Shown here piece after piece: positions 28,739 through 36,144 of a stretch of 58,998 bases of DNA. The stretch lies in the IMG/VR virus record IMGVR_UViG_3300012206_000008, positions 1 to 58,998 of that record; one strand, 5' to 3'. The notes beneath the pieces were generated by a model. That model saw only the letters and a program-made list of their open reading frames with translations. It had not been told where the DNA came from and searched no databases. The first letter of the stretch is position 1. Every line of letters starts with the position of its first letter. Source of the DNA: a virus (Duplodnaviria; Caudoviricetes). The position numbers and the translations under genes are program-made.

Positions 28739-28992
28739 GCCGCTTTCTCTCTTTCCACATCACTGCACATGGCACACACGACCTGCATGGTCATCACCCA
28801 CGCACGCAATTCTAGCCAAGCTTGCCGGTACGCAGCAATGGCCTGTATGGCTTCCCAGTGGGCTTGTATGGTTTCACGGGATGAATGCCGCCCATCATGG
28901 TAGGGGTTGTCACGGTCGGCTTGCTCACAGGCAAGGTAACGGGCTATGGCAGCATGTCTAGCTTCTCTGAAACAGGTAATATCTTCTGACAT
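28735..28992 (-). CDS. Hypothetical protein
   Basis: GAGGAG RBS; coupling. Confidence 0.5.
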   Translation of the reverse strand: MSEDITCFREARHAAIARYLACEQADRDNPYHDGRHSSRETIQAHWEAIQAIAAYRQAWLELRAWVMTMQVVCAMCSDVEREKAA

Positions 28993-29174
28993 GGGGGTAT
29001 TTTCTCCTCACTTCCAACTTCCCTGTTGCTTTGTGTGACTTGCTCTAACTCTGTTCTCACCAACCGAGCTAAAACGGTTTGCATCGTCTCGTGAGTAAGA
29101 GCAGCAATAATCTTGAGTTGCTGACGAGTTTCATCAGACGCTCGCAGCATCGGCTTCTTTTGTTCTGTGTCCAT
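28944..29174 (-). CDS. Ribbon-helix-helix-like regulator, probably leaderless
   Basis: MLRASDETRQQLKIIAALTHETMQTVLARLV; TTGAAA-17-TACTAT ends 6 nt before ATG. Confidence 0.55.
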   Translation of the reverse strand: MDTEQKKPMLRASDETRQQLKIIAALTHETMQTVLARLVRTELEQVTQSNREVGSEEKIPPCQKILPVSEKLDMLP

Positions 29175-29318
29175 GTATACATAGTACCATACGTATACAG
29201 AGTTTTCAATCCTTGCTTGGGTAGTACCTCCGTATCGTTGTGTTTGAATGTATACCTGAGATGCATTATACTATCTTGTGGATTTTTATATTTTTGCAAA
29301 GTAGAGGAGAGGAAGAAT

Positions 29319-29654
29319 ATGAGCGAACAATCGAGCATGAGTTTTCTTGGGACTCGCCCAGCATTGACACAACGCACATCACCTACCTGGGGTGAAACCC
29401 CGCTACCAGAGGCAAGTGTAGAGCCAACGAGTGGCATAACCGTCGGCCAGGTAGTACACTTTGTGCCTGTTCATGCTATGACTACCGCTTGCGAACATGC
29501 CACGATAGAAGAAGTATGGCAAGCGGCTAACGGGATTGTCAGTCTGCGCTTTGCCGATGGGCAGGTGCTTCATCGGATAGGCTATAGTGCTGAGATGCTA
29601 GGTAACTCGTGGCACTTCAACAACCAATGTGAACTGGGCACAGAAGCCTCGTGA
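29319..29654 (+). CDS. Hypothetical protein
   Basis: GAGGA RBS; TVGQVVHFV motif. Confidence 0.55.
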   Translation: MSEQSSMSFLGTRPALTQRTSPTWGETPLPEASVEPTSGITVGQVVHFVPVHAMTTACEHATIEEVWQAANGIVSLRFADGQVLHRIGYSAEMLGNSWHFNNQCELGTEAS

Positions 29655-29683
29655 TGCTCCCCCATGGACATGCGCCTGATGGC

Positions 29684-29783
29684 TTGACCCTTTTGCCACA
29701 TGCGCTATACTGGAAATAGGCCAGCAGCCCCTATCAACAACTTGGAGATCAACATCAACTACATACTGCTGGCTTCTCTTTTT
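29684..29783 (+). ncRNA. Small RNA unit 1: promoter plus stem-closed 38-nt loop
   Basis: TTGACC-16-TATACT; GCCAGCAG 29720-29727 pairs with CTGCTGGC 29766-29773; T-rich tail. Confidence 0.55.
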
Positions 29784-29786
29784 GCC

Positions 29787-29903
29787 TTGACACTTCCCTA
29801 TCTGTGACATACACTAAGCCTGGCGGCCAGTGGCACTACATATCACGTACTACACAACGATGCACGAGGCTTTTTTCCTTGCCACTGGCAAGCCCCCCCG
29901 TTT
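29787..29903 (+). ncRNA. Small RNA unit 2: promoter plus stem-closed 44-nt loop
   Basis: TTGACA-17-TACACT; GCCAGTGGCA 29826-29835 pairs with TGCCACTGGC 29880-29889. Confidence 0.55.
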
Positions 29904-29988
29904 GCTTGACACTTCCCACTACAACGACGTACACTAGAAACAGGCCAGCAGCAACGAGATGGATTCTCGCGAGTGGAGGGAAATTGCT

Positions 29989-30242
29989 GGTTTCAAAAAC
30001 CATAGACATTTCTCCCATTACCGTTTTTGAGGGGCTGTGGGAGAATAGGTCTATGGATGGGATGAGAACCAAGTTTCATCCATTCAGTACCGTGAGTTAC
30101 ACGGGAACTGGCAGGACTTGAGTCCTGTAAAACGCCTGATTGAGAGAGCGTAAGACGGGGTGACAACCTCGCAGTTTTCGTTGATGCAGGAACCGGCCAT
30201 CGTTTATGGCTTGTCCATAAACGGGTAAGTACCGGATAACGG
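29989..30242 (+). mobile_element. IS607/TnpB-derived non-autonomous remnant (right end/omegaRNA scaffold at about 30086-30242)
   Basis: TACCGTGAGTTACACGGGAA...ACGCCTG...GAG...GTAAGAC...TCGTTGATGCAGGAACC...TTTATGGCTTGTCCATAAA..GGGTAAGT...AACGG resembles recalled tnpB-element right ends; CCATAGA/TCTATGG motifs on the left; left boundary uncertain. Confidence 0.55.
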
Positions 30243-30281
30243 AAATTGCTGGAAGGTTCTCCTTGTGATTGTCTTGTCATG

Positions 30282-30334
30282 ACAAAGGAAGCTCGCTTGA
30301 TGATTGATGTGATCAAGCGAGCTTCCTTTGTTTT
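30282..30334 (+). terminator. Strong intrinsic terminator
   Basis: ACAAAGGAAGCTCGCTTGAT/ATCAAGCGAGCTTCCTTTGT perfect 20-bp inverted repeat then TTT. Confidence 0.75.
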
Positions 30335-30545
30335 CGCACTCTTCCCCCACTATTGCTAATGGATTTCTCTGTCTTCCCCTCAATTGGTACAAAAATATGG
30401 GAAAATAGCTATCATGTTGTGTTATACTTCTAAAGTATGCCTCTACCTCCAAGCATTCAGTTTTTGTTTAGTGTGTGTTTGATAATGCATTTTTGTACAG
30501 ATAAACTTTTTCCAAGGAAGAATATAGTATTGAAAGGTCAATACA

Positions 30546-30944
30546 ATGCCCACACAACCCGTCGTTTTGATTGTTGATGACCAGGCGGATATCCGAGAGA
30601 TGTTGTCAGTGGCTCTCCATATGTGGGGTTACAGGGTACTCACGGCGAGCAATGGTGACACCGCGTTGGGAATTATCGTGAATGATAGGCCGGATGTGAT
30701 CCTCTTGGATAGTTTGATGACTCCCATGAGCGGAGAAGCCTTCATCAAACAACTGTCAGTTCATGAGCGTACAATCCCTATTATTGTGATGACCGCTCTC
30801 ACTGATCGGAAAACACTTGATCGCATGTGGTCATTGGGAGTGAAACAAGTGGTCACGAAGCCATTTCGTTTGGCGGCTTTGCAAGAGCATCTCTTGTCTG
30901 TCAAAGCGGCTATGTACTCTTTATCGTCATGCGTATATAGATAA
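30546..30944 (+). CDS. Single-domain response regulator (CheY-like receiver)
   Basis: VLIVDDQ, PDVILLD (phospho-Asp), IIVMTA, VTKPF. Confidence 0.9.
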   Translation: MPTQPVVLIVDDQADIREMLSVALHMWGYRVLTASNGDTALGIIVNDRPDVILLDSLMTPMSGEAFIKQLSVHERTIPIIVMTALTDRKTLDRMWSLGVKQVVTKPFRLAALQEHLLSVKAAMYSLSSCVYR

Positions 30945-31076
30945 GTGTGTATTTAGTTGTACATGCGGATGTGGATAAGTGGTGCTAGATGTGGAAAACT
31001 TAACCGGAATGGGGAGAACTCCATAGGAGAAACACGGTTTTGTTGAGATTTCTCCATGGGGCTTACGGTATGACTC

Positions 31077-31190
31077 TGCTATACTACCACAAGCAGAAAA
31101 AGCCGCAGATGGTTGGGGTGAAGTCGATGTGAAGTGTGGCACTGCGGACGAAAAACGGCTGGGAGGATTCATTCCCCCAGCCGCTTTTGT
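31077..31190 (+). ncRNA. Putative small RNA with terminator
   Basis: Extended -10 TGCTATACT; CCGCAG/CTGCGG stem; CGGCTGGG/CCCAGCCG terminator plus TTTT. Confidence 0.45.
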
Positions 31191-31301
31191 GTGCTTCAAC
31201 CGCCCCACTGTCTACTTATCCCCACAAGCACATTTCAATTATGCCTTGCTTAGTGGTTCGAGGGATAGGGGCTTAGGTACTTAATCTGTAGTACTTGTAG
31301 G

Positions 31302-31520
31302 CTACTCTATCTCTTTTAATGTCAATTCTAGATTTGTAGCCACAGTATGTATAGCCACTTGCATGGCTTCCCATCGTGTTGCTGCTAGGGCATACTCATA
31401 GCCCGATTGGGCATTCAGGCTTTCTGCACAGAGTTTACGGGCAGCTCGCATGCGCCCATAGTAGTAGTGGTTGAGACGGTTGAGGACTTCCAGGATGGTG
31501 CTTGTGCTGATTTCATTCAA
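31302..31520 (-). CDS. Hypothetical protein
   Basis: Coupled, end of leftward operon. Confidence 0.5.
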   Translation of the reverse strand: MNEISTSTILEVLNRLNHYYYGRMRAARKLCAESLNAQSGYEYALAATRWEAMQVAIHTVATNLELTLKEIE

Positions 31521-31780
31521 CCTAACAACCTCGTTTCATCTTCGATTGGATAGACTACGCTACCATCAACAACCGTGCGAATGACATCTTGAACAAACGG
31601 AATATCCTGATGCTCGATGAAAATGCACAGACAGGGGTGCCATCCCTCTTTGATGAAAGAGTGTGGAGGTCTTTCGATGTATCGCTCGCCTTTGCCATGA
31701 CAGCGTGAGCAATCAGGATAGGGAGCATATTTGGCCTTTGGGTATTTAGCTTTCAATTCATCGGATAGCTCGCTCATCAC
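31517..31780 (-). CDS. Hypothetical Zn-finger protein
   Basis: CSRCHGKG...CLC. Confidence 0.5.
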   Translation of the reverse strand: MMSELSDELKAKYPKAKYAPYPDCSRCHGKGERYIERPPHSFIKEGWHPCLCIFIEHQDIPFVQDVIRTVVDGSVVYPIEDETRLLG

Positions 31781-32037
31781 TCAACCTCTTTCCATTCTTT
31801 CCGCACAATTTGCATTTCATTTTCGATGTTCTCGGAACGTTCTGCTAGTGTATCGCGAAATTGTTTCCATGAAGCCTGAAAGTCTTCACATGCCGCATTA
31901 GCCACATGGACAAAGCTCCAATTGCAAAAGACATGATAGTTGTGGATAAGCAATTGTTGCTCCCTGACTTGCTGCTCTAACGTCTCTATACGCCGTATCA
32001 GGCTCATAGTGTCTAGCGGTGGGTATTGCTCGCTCAT
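31777..32037 (-). CDS. Hypothetical coiled-coil protein
   Basis: ATGA coupling. Confidence 0.5.
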   Translation of the reverse strand: MSEQYPPLDTMSLIRRIETLEQQVREQQLLIHNYHVFCNWSFVHVANAACEDFQASWKQFRDTLAERSENIENEMQIVRKEWKEVE

Positions 32038-32249
32038 TGTAGTTTTCCTCTGCATCCTGGACAAACTGAGAGCGGGTCAGCATCAGGCGCAATGCGGTAT
32101 TCATAGGTCAGTGTCCGCTCATAATTGACGGTCGTGGTTAGTTCTTGTAGAGGTATTCCTTGAGGAAGACTGGTACGCTTAAACCTCCATATGCTCCGTC
32201 GATAGAGAGGAGTGCCACAATTGGCACATCTGCCTAGTTCATCGCTCAT
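32034..32249 (-). CDS. Zn-ribbon protein
   Basis: CANCG...CPGC. Confidence 0.5.
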   Translation of the reverse strand: MSDELGRCANCGTPLYRRSIWRFKRTSLPQGIPLQELTTTVNYERTLTYEYRIAPDADPLSVCPGCRGKLQ

Positions 32250-32754
32250 TGTACTTGTTCCATATCTTCCAGGCTTCCGGTACTAGCTCTGCATTTTCGT
32301 AGAGGTTTCCAATAATCTCGACACCGAGTACATCGGGATTAGAGCGGATCGCCTCACTGATCTTTTGCAAGTCAGAAATGTCCCATCCTACTACAAAGGT
32401 TTCGGTCACGGTGGTGATATCGCTTTCCTTGACACCTTCTGGCAAGTGTAGCCATGGCTCATTCCCAAACTTGCTAAAGTCATTGCCGGCAAAGTACCCA
32501 CGCCTAATGATATCACCTTCAAAAATCAATTTGTTATCCTTGTCCTTCAAGGTGGTGTATTGCATCAATGCCATATTTTTTGCCACGATGAAATAGAAGT
32601 ACTTCCCATTGACAATCTCCATCTTGTGCTTGTATTGCTGGAAAGTTTCATCGTCGTCATGCATCTCGACATACACCAGATGCTCAAAGGGATAGGCGTT
32701 CTGGTACATATGTCCATATTCGATATCCCAGGCGCGGAATTTTGTCTCTTTCAT
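32239..32754 (-). CDS. YopX-family protein
   Basis: KFRAWD...LMQYTTLKDKDNKLIFEGDII...EIIGNLYEN. Confidence 0.88.
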   Translation of the reverse strand: MKETKFRAWDIEYGHMYQNAYPFEHLVYVEMHDDDETFQQYKHKMEIVNGKYFYFIVAKNMALMQYTTLKDKDNKLIFEGDIIRRGYFAGNDFSKFGNEPWLHLPEGVKESDITTVTETFVVGWDISDLQKISEAIRSNPDVLGVEIIGNLYENAELVPEAWKIWNKYNER

Positions 32755-33086
32755 GATGCTTTCTCTCTGAGCGTAGCTTTCTCTCTCAGCAATTGTATCA
32801 CTTCATCGATTTGATGTGGCTTCCAGATATAGACTTCTACCCCTGGACATGTTGAGAGGGTAGCAATCCAGGTTTTTTGTTCTGGACGTAACCGGCCTTT
32901 TTCTGTTTTGAGTTCTGCCATGATACATCTTCCAGGTTTGGTCATCACTAAATCAACAAATCCTCTTTGGCATCGTCGGCTATCAAAAGTGTGATAAACG
33001 AGATAGCCTAGCAGTTCAGCGGCTTGGATGATTGTAGATTGAAAGTCTCGCTCACTTACTGATTGGTACAGCATCTTCTTGCTCAT
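32751..33086 (-). CDS. VRR-NUC domain nuclease
   Basis: SERDFQ...GFVDLVM...AELKTEKGRLRPEQKTW. Confidence 0.85.
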   Translation of the reverse strand: MSKKMLYQSVSERDFQSTIIQAAELLGYLVYHTFDSRRCQRGFVDLVMTKPGRCIMAELKTEKGRLRPEQKTWIATLSTCPGVEVYIWKPHQIDEVIQLLREKATLREKAS

Positions 33087-33104
33087 GATAGCCTCTCTTT
33101 GGCG

Positions 33105-33434
33105 TCAGAATGCTTCTGGTACGTCCTCTTTCTGCATACTCTGCCGATTGTACTGTATCGCAGAAACTTGCTCTGTGGTGGGCAACACAACTGGCATTTT
33201 CACCGTGTTCTGGGTGATATATCCAGATATTCTATGCTCCTCGACAAAGGGACAGGCATAAATTTCTCTCCCCTGAAGCACTTCTCGATGCATAGGAACT
33301 TGGTGTTCAGGGCAAAGCGAGCCGATGTAGTGGTGGTATCCTTGCCAGTGCTGACGTTCTATCTCACGTCCTTTGTGAAGCCAATGCCAGTACCATTGTT
33401 CAAGGTCTGCCGTGTCTATCTCAATTCGTCCCAT
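33105..33434 (-). CDS. Hypothetical protein
   Basis: GAGGG RBS; operon context. Confidence 0.5.
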   Translation of the reverse strand: MGRIEIDTADLEQWYWHWLHKGREIERQHWQGYHHYIGSLCPEHQVPMHREVLQGREIYACPFVEEHRISGYITQNTVKMPVVLPTTEQVSAIQYNRQSMQKEDVPEAF

Positions 33435-33619
33435 GCTGTACCCTCTTTTTCTGTATCTATCAGCGTTTCTAGCACTTCTTGTCCATGTCTCGCCGCTTCA
33501 ACGTAGGTATCACCATGAGTACAGGGCATGAGCACCCCGCGAGACTGCCATTGCGGCAAGGTGACGACGTAGCAGTGGTCTGCTTCGGAGTATTCAATGA
33601 GCATAGTGTATTTGAGCAC
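33416..33619 (-). CDS. HicB-like antitoxin (N-terminal domain only)
   Basis: YTMLIEYSEADHCYVVTLP...THGDTYVEAARHGQEVLE. Confidence 0.75.
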   Translation of the reverse strand: MLKYTMLIEYSEADHCYVVTLPQWQSRGVLMPCTHGDTYVEAARHGQEVLETLIDTEKEGTAWDELR

Positions 33620-33621
33620 GG

Positions 33622-34014
33622 CTAATCCTCAATTCTTGTTGGCATCATAGCTACATCGGCATGCCTGCGCAACTTAATCAGGCGCACAATCCCGAATATG
33701 CCGAACTGTGACCACAGTTCCCGCACGCGCTTATCGAACTGAATACCATGCTCGCGTTCCAATTGGAGCAACAAGATGGCGTTGGTGTTCGCCCACACGT
33801 GACCTGTACGACGGTCAAGGTCAGCTTTTGCTTGTGCGGTTTCGTCTGTCAGTGGGATATCAGGCTGTGTGTGGATGATAGGCTCTTGTGAAGAGGGTGG
33901 GTCAATCCAGAGATTGTTGACGGCTTTTTCGAGGCGTTTAAGCAGGTAGCCTAATCCAATCAGGGTCAGGGACAAGCACAATAAGAAGATGAGTATTTCT
34001 CTTTCAGTGGACAT
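33622..34014 (-). CDS. Membrane-anchored hypothetical protein
   Basis: N-terminal TM; GAGG RBS. Confidence 0.55.
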   Translation of the reverse strand: MSTEREILIFLLCLSLTLIGLGYLLKRLEKAVNNLWIDPPSSQEPIIHTQPDIPLTDETAQAKADLDRRTGHVWANTNAILLLQLEREHGIQFDKRVRELWSQFGIFGIVRLIKLRRHADVAMMPTRIED

Positions 34015-34122
34015 ATTTCCCTCACAACGACGTAACACCCGCACAATGATGGACGTATTTCTCTGCATTGTACCACAGCAATTCGTACAACAAAAAGGCT
34101 GGGTATCTGACCAGCCTTGCCA

Positions 34123-34410
34123 CTACTCTTCTTGCAACTTATGGGCATATGTCCTTTCTATTGTATTGGCTACCACTTGCAATGTCGCATTTCTTTTTGC
34201 GCATTCAGGGTATATCTCGCGTCGATTGAGGTTGCCTCGTAGTTGCTCGACCAGCGTCTCGACTCGGCCTTTGCGTATGGCATCACTGAGCAAGTGAGCC
34301 ACGAAATCATAGTCCAGAGACAACAACCGTATGAGATTGCTGTCCTGGACTGCTTTCAGGTTGGTGGCTATCTGGCGGTAGCGAGCCGCCAGGGAGGAGA
34401 GAGAGGTCAT
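34123..34410 (-). CDS. Hypothetical protein
   Basis: ATGA coupling. Confidence 0.5.
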   Translation of the reverse strand: MTSLSSLAARYRQIATNLKAVQDSNLIRLLSLDYDFVAHLLSDAIRKGRVETLVEQLRGNLNRREIYPECAKRNATLQVVANTIERTYAHKLQEE

Positions 34411-35309
34411 GCGATCATCTCTTCCTCTTTTGGCATATCACGCTCAAAGTACGATGGCACGCTCTGAAGGGAGAGCCAGGCCGCTTCTAACTCAGCTTTC
34501 TGATTGGCTTCTTGCTCTTTCCTGATGACTATCGCACACTCTCGGCAGGCATTCAGGCGATGGTCAAGCGTGCCCCACTCGCAATAGGAGCAACAGGGCT
34601 TCTGGCACCGTGGGCATTGTTTGCTCGTATGCTTGCCACAAGTACAGCGTGGCAAGCCGAGATACTTTGCAATATAATCCAGTTGATGAGATTGAATAGA
34701 CTCATCACTATACGCACCGTCTCGGCAATACGAAGGGACTGCATGGAAGATGATATTTTCCCAGGTGTAGCCCTCTTGATGGACACGTGCCTTGAGAGAA
34801 GCGAGACGCTTGCTTAATGCCTCTTGACGTGCGCTATGACATTGCTCCGCATAGGCTTCGATGGAAGAGGGTGTGAGGATGGATGGAGGTTCAACCTGCT
34901 CAGCACTCGGTTGGGCGCACAAGGAAGCCTCAACCGTGGCAACAGGCTCTTGCTCAGAGGCTTTGCGTGTATCTTCCTGCTTTGCGATAGTGAGGAAGTA
35001 GGCGTTGGCTTCCTCACTATTCATCTTCTTGTTCTCAGTTGAGTTGACGAGGTTCAAGAACATGTTTTGCGCCTCAACCTGCTCAACCGTGGAAGCCTCT
35101 TGCATCTTCTCAATAACGGGCTGTTGTGGTAACGGCAGGTCAGCAATCTGTGCTTGTTTGCTACGTGTGCGTGGGTTCATCGCATCAGCAGCACGCTTGG
35201 CACTGCCATACGACTTGAAATTGCGACGAACAATCTTGCCTTGCTCGTCGATAATGCTGTAGCGATAGGTCGCGCCGTCGGTCGTGGTGGTCTGGACTGT
35301 ATAGGTCAT
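34407..35309 (-). CDS. Early protein with Cys-rich Zn-binding region
   Basis: AAGGAG RBS; first gene after consensus leftward promoter. Confidence 0.6.
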   Translation of the reverse strand: MTYTVQTTTTDGATYRYSIIDEQGKIVRRNFKSYGSAKRAADAMNPRTRSKQAQIADLPLPQQPVIEKMQEASTVEQVEAQNMFLNLVNSTENKKMNSEEANAYFLTIAKQEDTRKASEQEPVATVEASLCAQPSAEQVEPPSILTPSSIEAYAEQCHSARQEALSKRLASLKARVHQEGYTWENIIFHAVPSYCRDGAYSDESIQSHQLDYIAKYLGLPRCTCGKHTSKQCPRCQKPCCSYCEWGTLDHRLNACRECAIVIRKEQEANQKAELEAAWLSLQSVPSYFERDMPKEEEMIA

Positions 35310-35367
35310 GGGTGTTCTCCTTCGTGAGTGTTTGGTTGGATGGGCCACTTGCTCATCTCTTGGTTTT

Positions 35368-35396
35368 ATTATACCATTGCTTTATGGTATTGTCAA
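35368..35396 (-). promoter_or_regulatory. Leftward promoter with operator O1
   Basis: Perfect TTGACA-17-TATAAT on minus strand; ATACCATTGCTTTATGGTAT at 35371-35390. Confidence 0.85.
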
Positions 35397-35731
35397 GAGA
35401 TTTGAACACCAATATTTACCATATCGGCACGGTTTTCATTTTGTGTTGCTTTGTTCGTTCTTTTATAGTGACCACGGTAACGTTTGATGAACTCGACACG
35501 CCAGCGATAGTACTGGTGGGCACTGCCGATATTTTTCCCTGGTACAGCTTCCAACCATTTTTGACGGATAAGGTCAGGAAGAAGTTTGGTATTTACTTCT
35601 AATATATCCGCAGCTTCACGCGGGGTGAGTAAGTCAAAGGCGGTGTGCCCTAACTCTGCAATTAGTTCAAATTTATGGCTCTCTAAGAGCGTTTTTGCTC
35701 TCTCAACAGGTTTGTGTTTATTCTTTGTCAT
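35393..35731 (-). CDS. HTH regulator, candidate repressor
   Basis: LLTPREAADILEVNTKLLPDLIRQKWL; lies between operators; AGAAAGG RBS. Confidence 0.65.
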   Translation of the reverse strand: MTKNKHKPVERAKTLLESHKFELIAELGHTAFDLLTPREAADILEVNTKLLPDLIRQKWLEAVPGKNIGSAHQYYRWRVEFIKRYRGHYKRTNKATQNENRADMVNIGVQIS

Positions 35732-35770
35732 GATTTTGCCTTTCTTGATGGATACATAATTTTCTCTCTT

Positions 35771-35799
35771 AGAATACCATAAAGGCATGTTTTTTGCAA
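35771..35799 (-). promoter_or_regulatory. Regulator-gene promoter with operator O2
   Basis: TTGCAA-17-TATTCT on minus strand; ATACCATAAAGGCATGTTTT. Confidence 0.65.
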
Positions 35800-35824
35800 G
35801 AGGCAAAAACTCAGATAAAATTGC

Positions 35825-35853
35825 TTGACTTTTCCATTGCTTTATGGTATTAT
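35825..35853 (+). promoter_or_regulatory. Rightward promoter with operator O3
   Basis: TTGACT-17-TATTAT; TTTCCATTGCTTTATGGTAT. Confidence 0.8.
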
Positions 35854-36144
35854 GATATCAGTGAAACAAACAAAGCACTTGTACCTGAACAATCTAGCCA
35901 ACCGGACAGCCAAGCAAAGCCTCTCAGTCATTGACTGATACAGAGGATAGCCTGATAAGCGTACAAAGGAAGGCACACACAGTCAGACAAGCAGACAGAG
36001 AGGTGTAAGTCCTCTCCTGACTCTTGACCGCGAGTGCGTGGTCAAACAAAAAAGAAACCTCCCTCGCAATGAGAGAGGCCAGTGTACCGCCAGGGCCAGG
36101 AACGTTCACCGCTTCACCCTGGCGGCGTAGGAAGGAAGCATATC

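Larger units (their letters stand above)
29906..30334 (+). ncRNA. RNA unit 3: promoter, stem-loop, omegaRNA-like scaffold, guide and terminator
   Basis: TTGACA-18-TACACT; AGGCCAGCAGC start identical to unit 1; several hairpins; 20-bp perfect inverted repeat at end. Confidence 0.6.

Noticed and set aside
29684-29993. CRISPR mini-array
   Set aside because: Repeated parts are promoters and short stems, not 25-40 bp identical repeats; no cas genes
29804-30121. ORF as a TnpB remnant (ends STVSYTGT)
   Set aside because: No RuvC, Zn-ribbon or NAAxN motifs and no RBS; only the right-end-derived tail resembles tnpB 3' ends
30135-30192. Hammerhead ribozyme (CTGATTGA)
   Set aside because: Core deviates from CUGANGA and lacks a correctly placed GAAA and stems
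30241-30256. Group I intron P element (AAATTGCTGGAA) / IStron
   Set aside because: No downstream Q, R or S elements and no interrupted gene
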